From the NCBI GenBank assembly GCA_963708355.1, contig CAVPSK010000017.1, positions 30,030 through 94,029 of the forward strand: a stretch of 64,000 nucleotides of DNA, given 5' to 3'. The notes beneath the pieces are model-generated. The model made no database searches. It had not been told where the DNA came from and was given only the letters and a program-made list of their open reading frames with translations. Below, piece after piece: positions 37,426 to 46,755 of the stretch. Source of the stretch: an uncultured Thermoleophilia bacterium. Its GTDB lineage: Bacteria > Actinomycetota > Thermoleophilia > Gaiellales > Gaiellaceae. The stretch's first letter is position 1. The number at the start of each line of letters is the position of its first letter. The translations under genes were made by a program, and so were the position numbers.

Positions 37426-38183
37426 CGTTGCACACGGGCGCCGAGCTCTACGCCCGCGGCGCGGCAACGCTGCTCGCCTCCTGGGAGGAGTACGCGCGTG
37501 GGACGGTAGACGCAGCTCTGCGGCGACTTGGCGGCGTCGCTGCCGCCGTCTTCCCGCACGAGCCCGAGCGCAGCGTCTACAACAACGCCCTTCTCGACGA
37601 CCGGCTCTCGGCACGCGAACGCCGGGACGCGCTCGACGCGATGGAGGCCGTGTACACCGCGGCCGGGCTCACGCATTTCGCCGCCTGGGTTCACGAGAGC
37701 GATCGGGCGATGCGCGACGACCTCGGGCGGCGCGGGTACGGCATCAACGAGTACACGCGCGCGATGGGAATGTCGCTCGACGACGTGCGCCTTCCAGAGG
37801 CGGTTGTCGCGGCGGACGTCGAGCTGGCACCTGCCAGCTGGAGCGAGTATCTGTCTTTCCTTACGGCGTTCGGGTTACCTGCGGGACTCCTCATCGGCAC
37901 GGATCCCGACGCCTTCTTCGTGCGGACTGCCCGCATCGACGGCGAGACGGTCGCGGCCGCAATCTCGATCGATTTCGAGGGCGACTCGGGCATCTTCAAC
38001 GTCGGAAAGGTCGAGCACGCGCGTCGGCAAGGTCTGGCGACTGCGCTGACAGCCCTTCATCTGCGGGAGGCCGTCGACCGCGGGTGCCGAACCGCGACTC
38101 TCCAGTCGACCGAGATGGGCGAGCGCGTGTACTCGAGCCTCGGCTTCCGCGACTTCGGATGCATCCTCGAATACGTGCTGTAG
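37407..38183 (+). CDS. GNAT-family acetyltransferase (two-domain)
   Basis: C-terminal motif A: IFNVGKVEHARRQGLATALTALHL...VYSSLGF. Confidence 0.65.
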   Translation: MSTRRLTLHTGAELYARGAATLLASWEEYARGTVDAALRRLGGVAAAVFPHEPERSVYNNALLDDRLSARERRDALDAMEAVYTAAGLTHFAAWVHESDRAMRDDLGRRGYGINEYTRAMGMSLDDVRLPEAVVAADVELAPASWSEYLSFLTAFGLPAGLLIGTDPDAFFVRTARIDGETVAAAISIDFEGDSGIFNVGKVEHARRQGLATALTALHLREAVDRGCRTATLQSTEMGERVYSSLGFRDFGCILEYVL

Positions 38184-38193
38184 ACGGGGCGCG

Positions 38194-39585
38194 TCAGGCG
38201 ATCGTCGCCGGCGCGAGCGCCGCCTCAGCTGCGTAGTGGATGCCCTCTCCGTAGGTCGGGAACGCATAGTGGCCGACCGCGAGGTCGTCAACGGTCACAC
38301 CGAGGCGAAGCGCGACGGCGAATCCCTGCACCAGCTCGCTGGCGCCACGCGTGGCCACGTGCAGGCCGAGCAATCGTCTCGACCCACGCTCGTAGACGAG
38401 CTTGACGAGCCCGCGGGGGTTGTCCGCGAGGTAGTAGGGCCGCAGCAGATCCCTCGATGCATAGATCGACGTCTCGACCTCGAAGCCGCGCTCACGCGCC
38501 TCGGACTCGGTGAGCCCGACTCCTGCGAGCTCCGGGTCGGTGAAGATCGCCGTCGGGATCGCCGAGTAGTCGGCGAGGCGTGACGCGCCGCCGAACATGT
38601 CCGCGATCGCGACCTGCGCCTGGTAGGAGGCAACGGGAGTCAACTGGATCGTCGCCGTTACGTCGCCGGCCGCCCAGATGCCGGGCGTCGTCGTGCGCAT
38701 CTGCTCGTCCACCGCGATTCCGGCACGGCTCGCCTCGACACCGACGCGCTCGAGCGCGAGCGCTTCGACGTTCGGCACGCGACCGGAGGCGACGAGCAGC
38801 GACTCGACCGTCAGCGTCGAAGCCGGCGACCCGTTGCGGGGCGTGAGGGTCGCGACGATCGTCGCACCGTCTCGCTCGACTCGAGTCACGAACGTGCTCG
38901 TGACGACGCGCACGCCCTCGTCGGCGAGCGCAGCGGCGACCTCGGCTGCGGCGTCGGCGTCCGAGCGCGGCGCGATCCGGTCCGCGCCTTCGACGATCGT
39001 GACCCCGGCGCCGAAGCGCGAGAACGCCTGGCCGAGCTCGAGCCCGACAGCGCCGGCGCCGAGCACGAGCATCGATGCGGGCACCGTCTCGAGCTCGAGG
39101 GCCTCGATGTGGTCGATCCACGGCACGGTGTCGATCCCTTCGATCGGGGGGACAGCTGTGCGCGACCCTGTTGCGATCAAGATCCGCTCGGCGGTGAGCA
39201 GGCGCCGCCGGACCCGCACGGTGTTGGGATCGACGAACGTCCCTTCGCCCGCGAACGTGTCGAAGCCGGCCTCGTGGAACCGCTGGAGCCATGCCTCCTG
39301 CGTTCCGACGAGCCCGTCCTTGCGGGCCTTGAGAAGCGCGAGGTCGAAGCTCCGGCCGCCGATCTCGATGCCGAGCTCAGGTGCAACGCCGAGGTCGAAG
39401 AGCAGCTCGGCCGCGGTCACGTACTGCTTCGTCGGCTTGCACGCCACGTTCGGGCACTCGCCTCCCCAGCGCTCGCGCTCCACCAGCGCGACTCGGGCGC
39501 CGTGCTCGCGAACCGCGTGCGCGGCTGCCTCGCGGGCGGCCGAGCCGGCGCCCAGGACGATCAGATCGAAGGACTCGGCAGCCAT
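38194..39585 (-). CDS. class I pyridine nucleotide-disulfide oxidoreductase (dihydrolipoyl dehydrogenase / mercuric reductase-like)
   Basis: The ATG at 39585 follows GAGGAGG. Motifs: DLIVLGAGSAA, redox-active GGECPNVACKPTK, second Rossmann VLGAGAVGLELGQ, and a C-terminal dimerisation domain with HYAFPTYGE. Confidence 0.8.
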   Translation of the reverse strand: MAAESFDLIVLGAGSAAREAAAHAVREHGARVALVERERWGGECPNVACKPTKQYVTAAELLFDLGVAPELGIEIGGRSFDLALLKARKDGLVGTQEAWLQRFHEAGFDTFAGEGTFVDPNTVRVRRRLLTAERILIATGSRTAVPPIEGIDTVPWIDHIEALELETVPASMLVLGAGAVGLELGQAFSRFGAGVTIVEGADRIAPRSDADAAAEVAAALADEGVRVVTSTFVTRVERDGATIVATLTPRNGSPASTLTVESLLVASGRVPNVEALALERVGVEASRAGIAVDEQMRTTTPGIWAAGDVTATIQLTPVASYQAQVAIADMFGGASRLADYSAIPTAIFTDPELAGVGLTESEARERGFEVETSIYASRDLLRPYYLADNPRGLVKLVYERGSRRLLGLHVATRGASELVQGFAVALRLGVTVDDLAVGHYAFPTYGEGIHYAAEAALAPATIA

Positions 39586-39642
39586 CGGCGGAACCTCCTC
39601 GTCTCGTTCCATTTCTGCTCAGTCGCCGGAGCAGCGAGGGCG

Positions 39643-41109
39643 TTACACGACGGTCTCGGGAGCGGGCTCGCGGAGCCGCAGGCGCTTGCGGTCCTGCACG
39701 ACGCGGCGGAACGCGAAGAGCAGCACCGAGAGGAGCAGGATCCCGACCGCGATGACGAGCTCGCTCGTGCCCCCGTAGCCGGTGACGTCGAAGCTCGTGG
39801 CCCCGACGACGAGCAGCACAACGAGGAACGCCGCCAGCGCCGTAGTCACCAGCACGGCAGGCGTCGACAGACGGACCGGGCGCGGCCACTCCGGGCGATC
39901 CCGCCGCAGGAGGACGAGCGCGCTCAACGCGAAGACGTGTGCCGCGATGTACCCGAGGTTCCCCGCGGCGACGATCGCGAGCGTGCTCCCGACGAAGAAG
40001 ACGAGGCAGAGGTTGAGAATCAAGTCGACGGTCATCGCGCGTGCCGGGACACCGAAGCGGTTGAGCCGGTCGAGCTCGCGAATCGTCATTCCGTCCTCCG
40101 CGATCCCGTACAGGGCTCTGGCGGAGTCGGCCATGCAGGTGACGATCACCAGCACGAGACTGCCGACCATCAGCGCGATCATGACACCGGCCGCTCCGCC
40201 GACGATCTCCTGGAAGGCAGGCGCGTAGAACGTCAACGGCTCGCGCGTCACGGCCGGTTGGCCGGCCGTCCCGACGGCGCCGAGCGGCAGCAACACGAAC
40301 ACGGCCAGCGAGAAGAGGGCGGCCGCCCTGAGCGCTCGGGCGGCGTCGCGGGCCCTGTTGCGGTACTCCGGCGTGAAGGTCGCGCAGACCTCGACGCCGA
40401 GGGACGTCCAGCACATGATGTACAGCCAGACCAGGACGAGCTTCCAGCTCGACCCGCTGCCGAGGGACAGATTCGACGTGAAGGTCGCCGACGACCAGTC
40501 GCCGGTCAGGTACGGCAGGAACATGAACACCGCGAGCGGAACGAGCAGGAGGCCGGCCGTCAGGTACGTCAAGAGCAGCGTCGGCCGAAGCCCGAGCATG
40601 TTCGCCGCCCACACGAGGACGAGCACGGCTGCGGCCACGAGTCGCGGCAGCGTGACGTCGGTCACACCCAGGTCCCACATCCAGGTGTCGCCGGAGAACC
40701 ACTCGGTCTGGACGAGCGAGCCGATGATCCCGGCGTAGATCGCCATCGAGCTCGACCAGGCAAACCAGTAGCCGAATGTGGCAACCGGCCCGACCGGCGT
40801 GAAGTACCGGCGCCAGCCCTCCCAGGCGTAGAGCGCGATGCCTCCGGACTTGTGGGGGAACATCGCAGCGAGCTCCGTATACGCGCGGTTGGCGGCGACC
40901 GCGAGCAGCATCGACACACCCCAGAGCACGATGGCCGCCCACGTGCCGAGCGATCCGACGGAGAAGCCCAGCGTCGCGATCAAGGCGGCCGGCATCGTCA
41001 GCGAGAAGAGAAAGCCGTCGACCCAGCGGAGGGAGCCGGAGCCCGAGCGGACCGGCTCGACCCGCGCCGCTACAACTGAAGCCGCCTCCGTAACCACTCC
41101 GCCTGCCAC
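39643..41109 (-). CDS. APC-superfamily amino acid/polyamine permease
   Basis: 488 aa, about 12 TM segments, TELAAMFPHKSGG motif. The start may be slightly downstream. Confidence 0.75.
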   Translation of the reverse strand: MAGGVVTEAASVVAARVEPVRSGSGSLRWVDGFLFSLTMPAALIATLGFSVGSLGTWAAIVLWGVSMLLAVAANRAYTELAAMFPHKSGGIALYAWEGWRRYFTPVGPVATFGYWFAWSSSMAIYAGIIGSLVQTEWFSGDTWMWDLGVTDVTLPRLVAAAVLVLVWAANMLGLRPTLLLTYLTAGLLLVPLAVFMFLPYLTGDWSSATFTSNLSLGSGSSWKLVLVWLYIMCWTSLGVEVCATFTPEYRNRARDAARALRAAALFSLAVFVLLPLGAVGTAGQPAVTREPLTFYAPAFQEIVGGAAGVMIALMVGSLVLVIVTCMADSARALYGIAEDGMTIRELDRLNRFGVPARAMTVDLILNLCLVFFVGSTLAIVAAGNLGYIAAHVFALSALVLLRRDRPEWPRPVRLSTPAVLVTTALAAFLVVLLVVGATSFDVTGYGGTSELVIAVGILLLSVLLFAFRRVVQDRKRLRLREPAPETVV

Positions 41110-41723
41110 CCCCGCTCAGCCTCGAACCTGGCCGCGTAGGCTCTCACGTTCTTGTCGCCGCCTGCCAGTGCGTGCGCCGCGATGTAGGCGGCGACCGCCG
41201 CACCGGCCGCGGGGCCGGCGGCGGCCCGCGCGTAGAGGACGACGTCCGCCGCGAACCCGGCGAGCTTTGAGCCTGCTCCGCCCCCGGCGGCCGTGGCGTT
41301 CCCCAGCAGCTCGAGCGCGCTCAGATCGGCAACCGCTGCCAGCGCCTCCGCCTCGTCCGTCCGCTCCTCGTCGCGGAGCTCGGCGACCGCTGCGTCACGC
41401 ACCCGCCAGGCGCACGCCTCGACCAGGTCGGTCGCGGTCGACGTGTTCCAGGCCCCGATTCGACGAACGAGCCGTCCGCGCGTGCCGTGCACCGCCCGTT
41501 CCGCTTCCCTCGCGCCGTCGAGCTCGAGCTGCCAGAGCTCGTCGTCGAGGCCCCAGGCGATCTCGGCGAGCGGATAGCCGCGTACCGCGTCGGCCGGTGC
41601 ATCCGCGCCCGCCTGCACCCAGGCCCCCGGCTCTCCGCCCGTCGGCACCGGCCACCGGAACTCGGTCAGCCGGTCGGCCGCGCCGGGACGGAGACCGAGG
41701 TAAAGGACTAGTCGCTCTTCCAC
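41070..41723 (-). CDS. hypothetical protein, paralogue of 43001-43516
   Basis: FRWPVPTGGEPGAWVQA...ELWQLELDG...RGRLVRRIGAWN...EACAWRVRDAA aligns with the plus-strand partner. It lies immediately downstream of a ZAS gene. Confidence 0.6.
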   Translation of the reverse strand: MEERLVLYLGLRPGAADRLTEFRWPVPTGGEPGAWVQAGADAPADAVRGYPLAEIAWGLDDELWQLELDGAREAERAVHGTRGRLVRRIGAWNTSTATDLVEACAWRVRDAAVAELRDEERTDEAEALAAVADLSALELLGNATAAGGGAGSKLAGFAADVVLYARAAAGPAAGAAVAAYIAAHALAGGDKNVRAYAARFEAERGWQAEWLRRRLQL

Positions 41724-41953
41724 TCGCGAAACGCGCTCAGCAGGTCGCGCTCCGCGTCCGTCGAGAGCGACTCCTGCGGCAGACGACCGAGCACGTCGAT
41801 CGTGCGTCGCATCTGGTCGAGGTGGGCCTGGCAGGGCGGGCAGGTCATGATGTGCTCGTCGAAGCGAGCCCGATCGGCAGGCGTCAGCGCCCCGTCGAAG
41901 TAGTCGGTCACGAGCATGACGAGCTCGGCGCACGTCAGGTAGTCGCTGGTCAT
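41708..41953 (-). CDS. zinc-binding anti-sigma factor (zf-HC2, soluble RsrA-like)
   Basis: MTSDYLTCAELVMLVTDYFDGALTPADRARFDEHIMTCPPCQAHL contains the HxxxCxxC motif. No TM segment. Confidence 0.75.
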   Translation of the reverse strand: MTSDYLTCAELVMLVTDYFDGALTPADRARFDEHIMTCPPCQAHLDQMRRTIDVLGRLPQESLSTDAERDLLSAFREWKSD

Positions 41954-42051
41954 CGCTGCTTGCTCATGCTGGCAGAAAAGGCGCACGCCGCCATACCTTC
42001 TCGGTGTCCGGTCAAGCGCGATTCGTTACGGCCTTGTAGACCGCCCGGCGG

Positions 42052-42759
42052 ATGAGCGGTAGCGTGCTCGCCGTGAACCCGCCGAGGCTCGAGGTCGAGA
42101 CGACGAGCCCCGCGCCACCCGGCGCGGACGACGCGCGTCTCGTCCAGAGCCTGCGCGAGGGCGACGAACGGGTCTTCGTCGAGTTGGTGCGGGAGCACGC
42201 GGCCTCGATGCTCTACGTCGCGTCCCTGTTCGTGCGCGACCGGGCGGTCGCGGAGGAGGTCGTCCAGGAGACGTGGCTCGGCGTCCTGCGCGGAATCGAC
42301 CGCTTCGAGGGCCGTTCGTCCTTCAAGACCTGGCTGTTCTCCATCCTCACCAACACGGCCAAGGGCCGGGCGCGCCGTGAGGGTCGGAGCCTGCCCTTCT
42401 CGGCCCTCGCGACAACCGACCTGGCGGACGACGAGCCGGTCGTCGACCCCGACCGCTTCTTGCCCGAAGGAGAGAGGTGGGCGCACCACTGGGCCTCGTC
42501 GCCGCAACGTTTCGACTCGCTGCCGGAGGATCAGCTGCTCTCCTCCGAGACGGTCGCGGTCGCACAGGCGGCGATCGCCGGGCTCCCTGACACACAGCGG
42601 GCCGTGGTCACGCTGCGCGACGTCGCCGGCTTCTCGAGCGAGGACGTCTGCCGCGAGCTCGACCTCACCGAAGGGAACCAGCGCGTGCTCCTGCATCGAG
42701 GGCGCAACAAGGTGCGCAAAGCGCTCGAGCAACACTTCGCGGAGGCGGAGCTTCGATGA
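42052..42759 (+). CDS. ECF-type RNA polymerase sigma-70 factor
   Basis: Region 2: AEEVVQETWLGVLRGIDRFEGRSSFKTWLFSILTN. Region 4: LPDTQRAVVTLRDVAGFSSEDVCRELDLTEGNQRVLLHRGRNKVR. The 2-4 linker is long. Confidence 0.88.
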   Translation: MSGSVLAVNPPRLEVETTSPAPPGADDARLVQSLREGDERVFVELVREHAASMLYVASLFVRDRAVAEEVVQETWLGVLRGIDRFEGRSSFKTWLFSILTNTAKGRARREGRSLPFSALATTDLADDEPVVDPDRFLPEGERWAHHWASSPQRFDSLPEDQLLSSETVAVAQAAIAGLPDTQRAVVTLRDVAGFSSEDVCRELDLTEGNQRVLLHRGRNKVRKALEQHFAEAELR

Positions 42760-43004
42760 GGCTGGACGAAGATCTGTCCTGCGCGGAGCTCGTCCAGCTG
42801 GTCACCGACTACGTCGAAGGCGCGCTCTCGGCCGACGACCGCCGGCGCTTCGAGGAGCACATCGTGATCTGCGACGGCTGCGGCGCGCATCTCGACCAGA
42901 TGCGGACAACGATCACCGTCGTCGGCCGTGCCGGCGAACAGGAGCTGTCGGACGAGGCGGTCGACGAGCTCATCGCCGCCTTCCGCGGCTGGAAGCAGCC
43001 GTGA
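42756..43004 (+). CDS. zinc-binding anti-sigma factor (zf-HC2, soluble)
   Basis: LSCAELVQLVTDYVEGALSADDRRRFEEHIVICDGCGAHL. It overlaps the sigma gene stop by 4 nt. Confidence 0.8.
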   Translation: MRLDEDLSCAELVQLVTDYVEGALSADDRRRFEEHIVICDGCGAHLDQMRTTITVVGRAGEQELSDEAVDELIAAFRGWKQP

Positions 43005-43516
43005 TCGCGCTGAAGTGCCTCCACGAGGGCGGCGTCGCACCGTTCAGCCGGCTCGCGTGGCCGCTGCCGAAGGACGACGAGCCCGGCGAATGGGTCGAAG
43101 CAGAGCCGCGCACGTGCGCGAGCGGCATTCACGCGTGCCTCGCGGACAGTCTCCCGTACTGGCTGACCGACCACCTCTGGACGATCGAGCTCGACGAGGT
43201 CCAGCCGGCGGAGCACAAGCTCGTCGCCCGGCGCGGGCGGCTGATCGAGCGCGTTCGCGCCTGGAACGACGAGGCGATGCGCAACTTCGCCGCCGACTGC
43301 GCCGCGCGCGCGGAGGCGATTCTCGCGCGCGACGCGTCGCTTGCCGACTACGTCCAGGACGTGCGCACATCCACCCGTGCCGGCAATGCTCCGGTCACCG
43401 GTTTCATCGTCGCACGGCTGGCCGAGCTGGCCGACGGCGCCGATGCCTACGATGCCGAGCGCGCTGCCCAGGCACGGTGGCTCGCTGACCGGCTCGGCCT
43501 CGACGAGCCCGGCTAG
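43001..43516 (+). CDS. hypothetical protein, paralogue of 41070-41723
   Basis: The GTG start overlaps the anti-sigma stop (GTGA). LAWPLPKDDEPGEWVEAEPRTCASGIHAC...HLWTIELDE...RGRLIERVRAWN...ADCAARAEA. Its TAG stop lies inside the MITE-flanking CTAG. Confidence 0.65.
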   Translation: MIALKCLHEGGVAPFSRLAWPLPKDDEPGEWVEAEPRTCASGIHACLADSLPYWLTDHLWTIELDEVQPAEHKLVARRGRLIERVRAWNDEAMRNFAADCAARAEAILARDASLADYVQDVRTSTRAGNAPVTGFIVARLAELADGADAYDAERAAQARWLADRLGLDEPG

Positions 43517-43681
43517 AGGCTTGATGTGAAACGACGTGCCCGCGGGGATGCGCCAGACCAAGCGGATTGGACGGGGCGGGCGCCGCGCGTAGCGGTGGCT
43601 ACGGGCAAGACCGACCCGGCCGAGCCGCGCCGTGTCTGGTGCACCAGCCGTGGGTGCGTGAGTTTCACATCAAGCCTCTAG
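43513..43681. mobile_element. 169-bp MITE-like element, copy 1
   Basis: Perfect terminal inverted repeats CTAGAGGCTTGATGTGAAAC / GTTTCACATCAAGCCTCTAG. The interior folds back on itself and has no ORF. It differs from copy 2 at 3 positions. Confidence 0.8.
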
Positions 43682-43687
43682 TTGCGA

Positions 43688-44902
43688 TTACGCGGCGCCG
43701 CGCGCGGCAGTCGCGCCCGGCACGACCATGCGGCCGGCGTGCAGCACGCCGAGCGCGAGCAGCGGGAAGAGAATGACCGAGAGGATCCCGGCGCCGATCA
43801 GCGCGGCGCCGTTCGCCTCGCTCAGCTTCCCGAGCTGCATCCCGATCTGGGTGGCGGCGACGATGAAGGGCAGCGATGTGGCCTGTAGCAGTGCGGCGAC
43901 GACTGTTCGCCGCACTCCGACGGTCGACCGGTAGAGGATCGCCGGCAGGCCGCGGGCGAGCAGCAGCGCGCCCAGGAACACCGGGACGCGCGCGACGGTC
44001 GATGCGCTCGAGGTGAGCGCGTTGAGATCGAAGCGCACGCCGCTCGTGACGAAGAACACCGGCACGAAGATCCCGTAGCCCGCGGCCTCGAGCTTGAGGC
44101 GGAACTGCGGGTGCGTCATCTCGAGGTCGCGATCGACGATCGTCAGCACCGCGCCGGCGATGAACGCACCGAGGATGACCTCCAGGCCGAGATGCTCGGC
44201 GATTGCGGCGAACCCGACGAGCAGGACGAACGCCCCGCGGACGCGGATCTGCGCGGTCGTGTCCTGCAGGCGGGCGAAGACCGCGGTCAGCCGCGTCCAC
44301 CGCTCCGCTCCCGCGACGACCACTCCGATCGCCACGGCAAGCATCGCGAGGCTCCCCAGCAGGAGGAGCTTCGTCCCCGTGCCGGTCGCCTCACGCGAGA
44401 AGAACAGCGACAGCAACACGATCGCCCCGAAGTCGGCGATCGACGCCGCCGCCACGACCAGCTGACCGAATCCGGTCTCGATCTCACCTGCGTCCTTCAG
44501 CACCGGAACGACGATCCCGAGCGACGTCGCGGTGAGGATGATCGCCACGAGCATCGGCGACTGCGCGAGTCCCGCCGCGTCGAGCACGAGCGAGCCGACG
44601 AGCGCTAGCGCGAACGAGAGCGCATACCCGAGCGAGGCCAGCACGAGCGGACGCCCGCGCAGCTTGTGGAACTCGATCTCGAGCCCGGCCAGGAAGAGGA
44701 GGAAGGCGAGCCCGATCGTCGCCAGCACCTCGACTGCCTGGTCGACCTGGACCCAGCCGAGCACCGAGGGGCCGAGGACGATCCCGGCCACGATCTCGAG
44801 CACGACCGACGGAAGCTTGAGCGCCGGCACGAGCCCGAGCGCCAGCGGCGCTGCGAAGGCGGCGGCCACGACGATCAAGAGGTTCGTGAAGTGCACGCCC
44901 AT
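43688..44902 (-). CDS. cation:proton antiporter (CPA1/CPA2 Na+/H+ exchanger fold)
   Basis: 404 aa from the ATG at 44902, about 12 TM segments. LPSVVLEIVAGIVLGPSVLG and FLLFLAGLEIEF are typical of Kef/NapA-type exchangers. Confidence 0.8.
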   Translation of the reverse strand: MGVHFTNLLIVVAAAFAAPLALGLVPALKLPSVVLEIVAGIVLGPSVLGWVQVDQAVEVLATIGLAFLLFLAGLEIEFHKLRGRPLVLASLGYALSFALALVGSLVLDAAGLAQSPMLVAIILTATSLGIVVPVLKDAGEIETGFGQLVVAAASIADFGAIVLLSLFFSREATGTGTKLLLLGSLAMLAVAIGVVVAGAERWTRLTAVFARLQDTTAQIRVRGAFVLLVGFAAIAEHLGLEVILGAFIAGAVLTIVDRDLEMTHPQFRLKLEAAGYGIFVPVFFVTSGVRFDLNALTSSASTVARVPVFLGALLLARGLPAILYRSTVGVRRTVVAALLQATSLPFIVAATQIGMQLGKLSEANGAALIGAGILSVILFPLLALGVLHAGRMVVPGATAARGAA

Positions 44903-45020
44903 CGCCCGTTCAGTTGCACCTCCCCTCTTCGGTGTTACAGCAACACGACTGTGTAACGCGCGGCCGGTCGGCGCACACGGAGACGGCATCACCACGCTCG
45001 ACACGCCAAGGAGGACTGCG

Positions 45021-45863
45021 ATGACCGTCACCGCGATGGAGCCGCGCCAGGCAATGCGCGGCGTCAAGGGCAAGAACGTGCTGATCACCGGCGGCACGTC
45101 CGGGATCGGCCAGGCGATCGCCGTTCGGTTCGCCGAGCACGGCGCCAACGTCGCGATCAACTACCTGCGATCGCCGGGCGAAGCGGACGACACGCACGAT
45201 CAGGTGCACGCCTGCGTCAACAAGGTGCGCCAGGAAGGCGTCAAGGACGTGCTCGTCGGCGCCGACGTCTCGACCGAGGACGAGGTCGTCCGCATGGTCG
45301 GAGAGACGATCGAGCGGCTCGGCGGGATCGACGTGCTCGTCAACAACGCCGGCATTCAGGTATCGCGGCCCTCGCACGAGCTGTCCGCAGCCGACTTCGA
45401 CAAGGTGCTCGCGGTGAACCTTCGCGGCGCGTTCCTCTGCGCACGCGAGGCGATCAAGCACTTCCTCGCCGAGGAGAAGCCGGGCTCGATCATCAACGTC
45501 TCGAGCGTCCACCAGCGCATCCCGAAGCCGAACTATCTCGGCTACTCGGTCTCGAAGGGCGGGATGCAGAACCTCACGACGACGCTCGCCCTCGAGTACG
45601 CGGCGAACGGGATCCGCGTCAACGCGATCGGCCCGGGTGCAACGGTCACGCCGATCAACCGCGCGTGGATCGACGACCCGGTGAAGAGCGAGATGGTGAC
45701 CGCCCACATCCCGATCCCGCGCGCGGGCGAGGCCGACGAGATGGCCGGGATCGCGTGCTTCCTCGCCTCGGACGACGCCGCCTACGTCACGGGCCAGACG
45801 CTCTTCGTCGACGGCGGCCTCACGCTCTACGCCGACTTCCGCGAGCCCTGGTCCTCGGAATGA
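45021..45863 (+). CDS. short-chain dehydrogenase/reductase (glucose 1-dehydrogenase-like)
   Basis: AAGGAGGA RBS. Motifs: TGGTSGIGQAIA, NNAG, catalytic S...YSVSKGG, and PGATVTP. Confidence 0.85.
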   Translation: MTVTAMEPRQAMRGVKGKNVLITGGTSGIGQAIAVRFAEHGANVAINYLRSPGEADDTHDQVHACVNKVRQEGVKDVLVGADVSTEDEVVRMVGETIERLGGIDVLVNNAGIQVSRPSHELSAADFDKVLAVNLRGAFLCAREAIKHFLAEEKPGSIINVSSVHQRIPKPNYLGYSVSKGGMQNLTTTLALEYAANGIRVNAIGPGATVTPINRAWIDDPVKSEMVTAHIPIPRAGEADEMAGIACFLASDDAAYVTGQTLFVDGGLTLYADFREPWSSE

Positions 45864-46741
45864 CCGCGGTCGAGGACACACGGACGGTGTGGTGGCCGTC
45901 GCAGTTCGGCGCCGACGACGAGATCGGGATGCTCAACCACGTCGACGAGGCCAAGCGCCTGCAGGCGCTGGCGTCCGTGAGGCACGGCCGTGTCTACGAC
46001 CTCGGCCGCGTGCTCGACGAGTCGATCCCCGTGTTTCCCGGCCGCTACTTCCGGCAGACGCTCGTCTCGACCGCGCACCACTCGAACACGGTGGAGCCCG
46101 TCGGTGAGAACGAGGTGAACTGGGTGACCGAGATCGTCACCGGGACGATGCAGCTCGGCACGCACCTCGACGCGCTCAGCCATCTCCAGATGGGCGAGCG
46201 CAGCTACAACGGCTGGTCGGTCTGCGAGCTCGCGAGCCCGTCGGGCGCCACACACCTCGGCGTCGAGACGGTCCCGCAGATCGTCACGCGCGGGTGGCTC
46301 GTCGACGTGGCGGCGTCACGCGGGACGCGACGGCTCGAACGGGGCGACGTGATCGGCGTCGAGGACGTGGGCGACCTCGAGCCCGAGCCGGGCGACGCGG
46401 TCCTCTTCCACACCGGCTGGGGCGAGCATTGGGAGGACGGCGAAACCTACCTCTCCGGCGAGCCCGGGCCGGGGATCGAGCTCGCCGCCTGGCTCGCCGC
46501 CCACGGTGTCGCCCTCACGGGGTGCGACACGTGGAGCTACGGCCCCGTGCCGGCAGAGCATCCCGGACGCCCCTTCGAGGTGCCCCAGCTCCTCAACGTG
46601 CACCACGGCGTGTTCGTCGTCGAGAACCTCGACACGTCCGCGCTCGCCGCCGACGGAGTTCGCGAGTTCGCCCTGATCCTCACCCACCCGAAGCTCCGCG
46701 GCGCCACCGGCGCCTGGTGCTCTCCGATCGCCCTCACCTGA
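45860..46741 (+). CDS. cyclase-family protein (kynurenine formamidase-like metal hydrolase)
   Basis: ATGA overlap with the SDR stop. GTHLDALSH, and further on HTGW and GCDTWS, fit the putative cyclase fold. Confidence 0.7.
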   Translation: MTAVEDTRTVWWPSQFGADDEIGMLNHVDEAKRLQALASVRHGRVYDLGRVLDESIPVFPGRYFRQTLVSTAHHSNTVEPVGENEVNWVTEIVTGTMQLGTHLDALSHLQMGERSYNGWSVCELASPSGATHLGVETVPQIVTRGWLVDVAASRGTRRLERGDVIGVEDVGDLEPEPGDAVLFHTGWGEHWEDGETYLSGEPGPGIELAAWLAAHGVALTGCDTWSYGPVPAEHPGRPFEVPQLLNVHHGVFVVENLDTSALAADGVREFALILTHPKLRGATGAWCSPIALT

Positions 46742-46755
46742 GAGAGGAGCCCGAA

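Noticed and set aside
42001-42051. ECF-type promoter upstream of the sigma gene (TGTCC ... CGTT).
   Set aside because: The spacing between the -35-like and CGTT elements (about 14 nt) is shorter than the usual 16-18 nt, and the -35 is not GGAAC-like. This is too weak to annotate.
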